Assembly (NCBI GenBank): GCA_011087955.1
Contig: JAALKR010000006.1
Span: forward strand, 15,661 to 79,660
Reading direction: 5' to 3'
Length of the DNA stretch: 64,000 nucleotides
Source of the DNA: Oligoflexia bacterium
GTDB lineage: Bacteria; Bdellovibrionota; UBA1018; CAIPTA01; JAALKR01
This document shows, in pieces, positions 57,896 through 64,000 of this stretch. Both the position numbers and the translations under genes were made by a program. The notes under the pieces are model-generated. The model was not told where the DNA came from, searched no databases, and saw nothing but the letters and a program-made list of their open reading frames with translations. Every line of letters starts with the position of its first letter. The stretch's first letter is position 1.

Positions 57896-58732
57896 ATGAA
57901 GAAGTTACTTTTATCATTGATGTGTGGATTAATCTTGTCGACACAAACCCAAGCGGCAACCTTTAGCTTTGACTCCGTTCTAGACCTCGGTGACTTCGAG
58001 GCCGTGATGAAAGAATTTTCGACGAACTTTTTGAACTCGTCTGTAACTCCACCTTCAACTTTTGGAAAGAAAATCATTCCAATGTTTAGCTTCCAAGCGG
58101 GATTATCTGGTGGTGTGACAAAATCGCCAGAGATTAATAGACTGATCTCCACCGAAGAAGTTACATTAATTCCACATGCCGGAGTTCTTTTTGGCATAAC
58201 GGGGCCTTATGGCATCACCTTAGATGGACTTTTTCTTCCAAGCATCGACATAGATGATGTCGACATGAACATTTACGGCTTTGGTGCAAAATGGACTGTG
58301 ACGAATGTCTTCTGGGAGTGGCTACCTATCACACTAGCTACTCGAGCCCATTATAATTCTGTGAAAATAAAGTACTCACAAACAATTAACAACGAATCGA
58401 GTGCGAATATAGACGTAGATGCGAGTGTAGCCGTAGGAAATACGGTTTGGGGGATCAACGCTTACGTCGGTTACCCATTGCTAGGCTTCCTAGAGCCGTA
58501 TGTTGGAGCTGGCTTTGCCGATAGCGAAGGAGATTTAACAATTGAGGCTGCTGGTGGTGCTACGTTCCTTGGAAAAGATATTACAATTTCCAACACAGCC
58601 TCCGTGAGCAATACAAGTCTTCATCTCTTTGCAGGCCTGGGGATCCACCTTTTCATTATGAGCTTAGGCTTAGAGTATAACCAAGTATTTGGTAATACGC
58701 GCTACTCCGGGAAGGTCGCCCTGGAGTTCTAA
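57896..58732 (+). CDS. Outer-membrane beta-barrel protein, unknown family
   Basis: Signal peptide MKKLLLSLMCGLILSTQTQA (ATG 57896, AGGGAGGA RBS). Alternating beta-strand pattern. C-terminal ...KVALEF. Confidence 0.6.
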   Translation: MKKLLLSLMCGLILSTQTQAATFSFDSVLDLGDFEAVMKEFSTNFLNSSVTPPSTFGKKIIPMFSFQAGLSGGVTKSPEINRLISTEEVTLIPHAGVLFGITGPYGITLDGLFLPSIDIDDVDMNIYGFGAKWTVTNVFWEWLPITLATRAHYNSVKIKYSQTINNESSANIDVDASVAVGNTVWGINAYVGYPLLGFLEPYVGAGFADSEGDLTIEAAGGATFLGKDITISNTASVSNTSLHLFAGLGIHLFIMSLGLEYNQVFGNTRYSGKVALEF

Positions 58733-58733
58733 A

Positions 58734-59789
58734 CTATTCCGGTGGTTTCCATTCTGCATAGGCCTCCTCCAGGCTCCAAATGGGCACTCCCTCTGCCTTT
58801 GCCTTGTCTGTGTTAAGGCCTGCCGTTAACGGTCGCCGAGCCGTCTGATGGAGGTCCTTAGTCGCTACGAACTCAAGCTCTGCCTCTGCATCGGCTTGCG
58901 AAAAGCCAAATACACGAATCAATTGTTTTGCGAATTCCGACCTTGCAACAGAATCCGAACCCGTTAAATGATAGATTCCTGGGGCCTTGCGTGCGGCAAG
59001 CTCCAAAGTCGCTTCCGCTAAAATCGGGGCATAGGTCGGGCTTGAAACCTGGTCTGTAGGAATCCGAAAACGATCTGGAACACCAGGGTAGTTCTTCCCA
59101 GATAGCCGATTGGCCAAATATCTATATAGTTGCATTGCAAAATTTTTATCTCGACTATCCCAAGAGAAGATCACGGTAGTTCGGATGATAGTGGCGGATA
59201 AAGCCTTAGTCTTTTCTAATACGCTATTTTCTAGGATATAAGACTCTGAGTCCACCTTGGCCTGTGCATAAGCTGAACAGGGCGCTACTGGGTCGCTCTC
59301 CTTAAAAGGTCCAACAATGCTCGGGTCCTCATATTCGGCCCCACCATACACATATTCAGACGAATAAAAGACAAAATGGTGGCCAAGCTCGGTACATAGA
59401 TCAGTCACGGTTTTCGTTGCTTCAAAATTCACCTGGCGACACTTTTGCTGGTCTTCTTCGCAGGCGTCCACATGAGTGAAAGCACCACTCAGAATCACCG
59501 TACCTTTTCCTTGCCCTGCTTCCTTTGTAAATTTGCGGATACATGCTTCTATACTGGCCGGATTTGCTAACTCTAACTCTATCTCTCGTGCACTACTCGG
59601 CTGCTTGCGGCTTGAAAACCAAACTTGTTTATTAAGCCCTCTGGCCTCTAAAGCCCGGCGAAGGCACCTGCCGACTTGGCCATTAGCCCCTAGAATGAGA
59701 ATTGGTCCTTGTAGTTCTGAGCCTTGCAGTTTTGAGCCTTGCGGTTTGAGCCCCCATAGTTTAGCCAACTCAGACTTCTTCTTTTTCAT
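58734..59789 (-). CDS. SDR-family NAD(P)-dependent reductase, dTDP-4-dehydrorhamnose reductase (RmlD)-like
   Basis: ILILGANGQVGRCL glycine-rich motif and YAQAKVDSE (YxxxK). The N-terminal extension carries a repeat. Confidence 0.7.
   Translation of the reverse strand: MKKKKSELAKLWGLKPQGSKLQGSELQGPILILGANGQVGRCLRRALEARGLNKQVWFSSRKQPSSAREIELELANPASIEACIRKFTKEAGQGKGTVILSGAFTHVDACEEDQQKCRQVNFEATKTVTDLCTELGHHFVFYSSEYVYGGAEYEDPSIVGPFKESDPVAPCSAYAQAKVDSESYILENSVLEKTKALSATIIRTTVIFSWDSRDKNFAMQLYRYLANRLSGKNYPGVPDRFRIPTDQVSSPTYAPILAEATLELAARKAPGIYHLTGSDSVARSEFAKQLIRVFGFSQADAEAELEFVATKDLHQTARRPLTAGLNTDKAKAEGVPIWSLEEAYAEWKPPE
59706..59750 (-). repeat. 15-nt in-frame tandem repeat x3 near the 5' end of the RmlD-like gene
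   Basis: Minus strand ctcaaaccgcaaggc / tcaaaactgcaaggc / tcagaactacaagga, encoding LKPQG SKLQG SELQG. Confidence 0.85.
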
Positions 59790-60420
59790 TCACCATGGAT
59801 ACCGCTGTCCACATATCAAAGAGGTTCACCTTGCGGGTACATTTTACCTTCAAGTTGGCCGCAGTTAGTAGCTCCTGAAGGTCCAAGGCCGAATCAAACC
59901 CTATTTGCTTGGCGAGTGGCCCAATAAGGGCTTCCACCTTCGCAACCAAACGATTCTTGCTACGAAAATGATTCATTAGAACTAAATGCCCACCAGGCTT
60001 ACAGACTCGCTTCATCTCATTTAGTGCTCCAACTGGATTGGAAGTAGCTGATATAAATAAATTTCCCAGAACTCTATCAAAATGATTATCGGAAAACTCT
60101 AAGCGGTTAGCGTTCATCACCTGCACTGTCGAGTTCTCAATATGCTGCTTGCGGATTAGGTCCTCCGCCTCTTCCAACATGCTTTTGGACAAGTCGATAC
60201 CAATCACTTCACAGTCCGAAGGGTATATTGGCAAGGTCAATCCGGTGCCAACCCCCACCTCTAGGACGCGATTACCTGATTCAATCTCTAAAAGGTCAAT
60301 CGCAGTCCTACGCCCCTCGTTAAAAAGAACCTTTCCATAGATGAAGTTGTAGACTGGGCCCACTCGGCTGTAGATCTGCTCGATCGGCCTGCGCGATTTC
60401 TTACTCATTACTTCCCTCAT
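59770..60420 (-). CDS. Class I SAM-dependent methyltransferase
   Basis: VLEVGVGTG (motif I) and later GGHLVLMN. 216 aa. The 3' end overlaps the RmlD-like start by 20 nt. Confidence 0.85.
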   Translation of the reverse strand: MREVMSKKSRRPIEQIYSRVGPVYNFIYGKVLFNEGRRTAIDLLEIESGNRVLEVGVGTGLTLPIYPSDCEVIGIDLSKSMLEEAEDLIRKQHIENSTVQVMNANRLEFSDNHFDRVLGNLFISATSNPVGALNEMKRVCKPGGHLVLMNHFRSKNRLVAKVEALIGPLAKQIGFDSALDLQELLTAANLKVKCTRKVNLFDMWTAVSMVNEKEEV

Positions 60421-60468
60421 GCAGCGTTGGATACCACTTTTTTTACCTTACGTCGTTGACAGTTTGAC

Positions 60469-60810
60469 CTAAAACTCAAAAAACCGAACCGAGCATTGTT
60501 CGTCTCGATCGCTCGTGCCGACGTTGTCAATCTTGCAGTCCACAACTTTGTTCTTTTTTTGTAAAAAATGAGGACTATCGGTTTTGTGTAATACACCTGG
60601 AACCCTACCCTTTGCTTTGGGTTTAGATGTTGCGGATGCGGGCCCGCGGTTTTGGGAAGTATCTCTTTTCATTCTTTTGTTGCTGTAGTTATCGCCGTAG
60701 AGCACTTTCTCTTTCATATTGTAGCGAATTCGCTTCTTGGCCTCTGCTTGGAGCGTAACCATGCAGAAACCTAATACCAGCGCAGCTAAGATTGCGTGTG
60801 CGTATTTCAT
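60469..60810 (-). CDS. Small basic secreted protein, hypothetical
   Basis: Signal peptide MKYAHAILAALVLGFCMVTLQAEA. GGAGGG RBS. Lys/Arg-rich mature part. Confidence 0.45.
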   Translation of the reverse strand: MKYAHAILAALVLGFCMVTLQAEAKKRIRYNMKEKVLYGDNYSNKRMKRDTSQNRGPASATSKPKAKGRVPGVLHKTDSPHFLQKKNKVVDCKIDNVGTSDRDEQCSVRFFEF

Positions 60811-60978
60811 CCCCCTCCTAGAACTACTTACCTGTTAATTTTCTCATAATTGACTTATTTAATCAAAAACTCTCCATTTCCATGAGCTGGATAGGCTTAA
60901 TTGACACTAAATTAGCAACAGTCTCTTGGTTCTATATCAATCACAAACCACGAAGCGTGAATATAGACTAGCGTAAAT

Positions 60979-61911
60979 TTAATGCACTGATTTCGGTATT
61001 TCCCTCCGCAGATACTCCATAACAAATGAGGCTGCTGGCGTGAACGTCCTCTCTTTAATCCATGCCAGGGAAATACTGTTCTTCAGTGCTTTACCTGACC
61101 CTTTGAGTGCATAGAGATTATGCCCCATATCCTGCAGTTTCTTTAAAAGCGATCCAGGCAATACACCAGCCCCTGCTCCACCTATGACTAGCTGGGATAC
61201 GCAATAGGCATCTTCGACATAGGCCCGTACGTCTAGCTTAAAATTTGATTTACACAGATGATGCTGAAACCAGGAACGTAAAAGTGGCTCCCCCGTTTTG
61301 TACCCCACATAAGGCAGGGTCTCTAAATAGGACTGGCCCTGTTTCCTGGCTGTATTCTTTTTAAAATGATCGGCAGAAATACAAAGCTCTAAGACCTCAT
61401 CATAGACTCGTTCCGTGCATACGCGACGATCTCCGATGAATTCATCAATGAAAGCAAAATCAAGCTGACCCTTCAGGATGAGTTCGTTCATCCGCGATGC
61501 AAGACCAACTTCAAATTTAAAACAAATTTCCGAACTCTCCTGCTGCAAATGACTTAGAAGCGGCAAAACTATATCATGGCCAAATTCTAACGGAACCCCA
61601 ATAGCCACAGTCCCCGTTAAGGATTTCTCTTTCCCGGTAACTGAGCACAGCCCATGCTCGATTTCCATTAAGGCTTTCGAGCTTTGCTGATATAGCATGT
61701 CTGCATCCGCAGTCGGGACTAGCTTCTGTTTAATACGATCGAATAGTTTCACCCCTAAGACATTTTCCAAACTACGCATATGTTGCGAGACGCCTGATTG
61801 GGTTAAATGCAACTCTTGTGCGGCGGACGTCATCGAACGTGTCGTATAGACAACCTCGAAGATACGGAGCTGATTTAAATTTACTCGATCAATAAACATG
61901 AGCCACTTCAC
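60979..61911 (-). CDS. LysR-family transcriptional regulator
   Basis: N-terminal HTH LNQLRIFEVVYTTRSMTSAAQELHLTQSGVSQHMRSLE plus a substrate-binding domain of the usual length. Confidence 0.9.
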   Translation of the reverse strand: MKWLMFIDRVNLNQLRIFEVVYTTRSMTSAAQELHLTQSGVSQHMRSLENVLGVKLFDRIKQKLVPTADADMLYQQSSKALMEIEHGLCSVTGKEKSLTGTVAIGVPLEFGHDIVLPLLSHLQQESSEICFKFEVGLASRMNELILKGQLDFAFIDEFIGDRRVCTERVYDEVLELCISADHFKKNTARKQGQSYLETLPYVGYKTGEPLLRSWFQHHLCKSNFKLDVRAYVEDAYCVSQLVIGGAGAGVLPGSLLKKLQDMGHNLYALKGSGKALKNSISLAWIKERTFTPAASFVMEYLRREIPKSVH

Positions 61912-61927
61912 TTATGCCATAACTCAC

Positions 61928-62518
61928 TTACTTAGTTAGATCACTAATTGTTATCCAATCCGAAGGCTCAACCTGGTAAGTATACCAGTAGAAAATATCC
62001 CACGGCCCAAATTCATCATAGTCATAGTCCACAGCTTGGAATTCTAAGAATAACTCTGGGTTGCCTCCTCCAATGCTGTAGATAGACATCCCAGTAACCC
62101 AGACACGCCGACCATGGATATCAGTAACGATTAGGTCATTTAAGTTTGATACAAGTGAGTAATAATTTAAATAGTTTCCACTAAATCCGTAGAAATTTGC
62201 GGAGAAGCTCAAGTCTTGATCCATATCCGAATGGGAGATAGTTACCGAAATGTCCAGCTGCCTATTCGCATATACCGTTACAGTAGCCTCCCCACGGTTA
62301 TGACTGTGGTGAGTAAAAAGAGTCCCTTCATATGTGCCTGAAACTTCCTCCGCTATATCAACCCACGCCCTACCATTAACCGGATTTGCTGGAAAAATTC
62401 CTGCCGCTGAATTTGTCGAGGCTGGGGCATCGGCTTCCTTTTTGCCACATGCGGAAACTGTTATTAATATAACAAATACCGCACTTAACTTGATTGTAAT
62501 CAGCTTCAACTTCTTCAT
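61928..62518 (-). CDS. Lipoprotein, hypothetical
   Basis: Signal peptide with lipobox ILITVSAC. 196 aa. 16 nt upstream of the LysR gene. Confidence 0.6.
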   Translation of the reverse strand: MKKLKLITIKLSAVFVILITVSACGKKEADAPASTNSAAGIFPANPVNGRAWVDIAEEVSGTYEGTLFTHHSHNRGEATVTVYANRQLDISVTISHSDMDQDLSFSANFYGFSGNYLNYYSLVSNLNDLIVTDIHGRRVWVTGMSIYSIGGGNPELFLEFQAVDYDYDEFGPWDIFYWYTYQVEPSDWITISDLTK

Positions 62519-62669
62519 AACTGCATCCTTTACTTTCGCACCTCACAAAGCCCATTACTTACTGCATCCACATAAGAGCAAAAGGTGTGCCAGAGATACA
62601 GTCCTTTAAAGCCCGTCCTGAAAGAAGTTTTTGTTGAACTTTTTGACAGCCGTTTAAAAATTTAGAGCT

Positions 62670-64000
62670 TTAAAAATTTAGACTCGTATGAAATCCATAA
62701 ACCCAGATGTTACCGCCCGCCTTATAGCCGGGAGCACCGATATGTGTAGCGCTAGACTTCGTCACATCTCGTGTTACTAAATAATTAAGTTGCAAAAATA
62801 AATCAAAATCAATCCAGCTATTTTTCGGCCCTGCAATTGACCCTATCTGCGGTTCTACAGGTGATTCTATCCACGGATTAGAAATTGAAGTACCTAAACC
62901 AAAACTAATTCCATGGCGATCACTATCGACAAAATTCGAATCTAACGTCTGGTCTGGAACGGGAGATTTCGAATAGAAATAACCGGAACGAATCGCCCAC
63001 TGCTTAAATGCAGCCCTCCTTGTCTGCCAAGAATATTCTCCTCCAATCTTCGGCACAACCCTATCTTTAAAACCGGTAGCTTCACGACCAGAACCAAAAA
63101 TAAAAGAATTAATATTACCATCCCCAAACGGGTTTTTATACGCACTCCACTCCACATACAATACGTCCGCTGCTAACACGAGTGATGGAGAAACTCTCTT
63201 ACTCGCAGAAAACGTAAGTTCTGCTGGCGAAAATTGTGGAGAACTATTCAATTCCCCTGAGAATGGAACTGCAGAAACGTTCACATCGGCCGTAAGTTTT
63301 GTATTAAGCTCTGACTTTGGCTTATACATAAGACCAAAGAGCCAGCCATAAGGATCCGATCTGCCACCGCAACCGCAACCGCAACCGCAACCATCATAAT
63401 CCGCATTATAGACTAATGCGAAACCAGGGCGAAAAATGGTTCGCACCTCAATCGCTGAGGCAGAAAACGATACACTGTCATTCGATGTCAGCTGATAGTC
63501 TGCCAAAGAAACTAAGGAAGTAGTCCCTATAAAGCCAAGTGAGAGCCCCTGCCAAATTCTGTAACCTAGACTGACGGTGTAGGAAGTATTGCGGCTGACA
63601 TCTTGGTACAGCGGATAGAAGGGGTGGTTGATAGGCGGACCAGAAACGCGAGACAAAGAATTACTCGATAAATAGAGGTTAATTCCGATAGCTAATGGGC
63701 GAGACTTATTCCCCAATGGGAGTAAAATTCCTACACTCTGTCCTCTTCCTCCTAGAACCCCTGATGAATCAAATACCCCCACCGTACCAGACTCATCTAC
63801 AACAACCGTACCAAATCCCTTTAGGTGTGGGTCCATATTGACTAGACCAACAGAAATCTCTGAGTCCCTTGCATATCCTAGCATTGCTGGATTTTGGTGC
63901 GCATGAAAAACAGAGACCTTTCCCTTTCGAAGACTTGTTGTTCCCATGGACACCGAAACGGGCCCCATTCCAAATACGTTCCCGTAGCCGGCATAAATAG
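62670..64000 (-). CDS. FadL/TodX-family outer-membrane transport protein (N-terminus beyond the window end)
   Basis: The frame stays open from 63968 to the window edge, and the listed Met has no signal peptide. Motifs: ...FKDRVVPKIGGEYSW..., AIRSGYFYSKSPVPD, SDRHGISFGLG. The C-terminal ...GFHTSLNF is typical of this family. Confidence 0.65.
   Translation of the reverse strand, partial: IYAGYGNVFGMGPVSVSMGTTSLRKGKVSVFHAHQNPAMLGYARDSEISVGLVNMDPHLKGFGTVVVDESGTVGVFDSSGVLGGRGQSVGILLPLGNKSRPLAIGINLYLSSNSLSRVSGPPINHPFYPLYQDVSRNTSYTVSLGYRIWQGLSLGFIGTTSLVSLADYQLTSNDSVSFSASAIEVRTIFRPGFALVYNADYDGCGCGCGCGGRSDPYGWLFGLMYKPKSELNTKLTADVNVSAVPFSGELNSSPQFSPAELTFSASKRVSPSLVLAADVLYVEWSAYKNPFGDGNINSFIFGSGREATGFKDRVVPKIGGEYSWQTRRAAFKQWAIRSGYFYSKSPVPDQTLDSNFVDSDRHGISFGLGTSISNPWIESPVEPQIGSIAGPKNSWIDFDLFLQLNYLVTRDVTKSSATHIGAPGYKAGGNIWVYGFHTSLNF
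63363..63392 (-). repeat. Hexanucleotide repeat (GGTTGC)x4 plus one degenerate unit, encoding GCGCGCGCGG
   Basis: Plus strand gccacc gcaacc gcaacc gcaacc gcaacc. Minus-strand translation is D-Y-D-G-C-G-C-G-C-G-C-G-G-R. Confidence 0.9.

Overview
Chromosomal window from a diderm (Gram-negative) bacterium. The lineage cannot be proven from the sequence. An RRM-type RNA-binding protein, TrmFO, many lipoprotein/OMP genes and a GroEL with a GGM tail suggest a Bdellovibrionota/Oligoflexia-like or other delta-type proteobacterium (inference only). I call about 57 protein genes and one tRNA-Asp. I see no rRNA, no CRISPR array and no recognisable prophage or IS element. Most of the window is housekeeping: purK-purE, birA/nadC, trmB, groES-groEL, comEC, a cpoB-like gene and dprA. 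It continues with a leucine-catabolism block (MCC beta, hydratase, split MCC alpha, HMG-CoA lyase), an FKBP, argG-argH, acyl-CoA dehydrogenase/hbd and a Xer recombinase. It ends with trmFO-eno-ftsB, a ~7.6-kb surface-polysaccharide cluster, a LysR regulator and a FadL-like OMP. The part that looks genuinely uncharacterised is the first 12.5 kb. It is a tightly packed minus-strand operon: a ~1,344-aa metzincin-motif lipoprotein, a 1,337-aa lipoprotein, a 295-aa beta-barrel OMP and a second giant lipoprotein. That last gene (>=1,157 aa) runs off the window and is absent from the supplied ORF track. The two non-protease giants are diverged paralogues with no motif I can recognise. Other second-look items are listed here. 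(1) A 289-aa ORF resembling the core of ribonucleotide reductase but lacking the catalytic cysteines. (2) An unlisted 39-aa highly basic ORF with its own promoter/RBS just upstream of tRNA-Asp. (3) An MCC alpha subunit split at an ATGA overlap. (4) A (GGTTGC)4 repeat encoding Cys-Gly repeats in the FadL-like OMP. (5) Several in-frame tandem duplications in polysaccharide genes. (6) A perfect 14-bp inverted repeat in front of dprA. (7) Unusually long convergent gene overlaps. All family assignments come from motif recognition by eye; no database search was possible.
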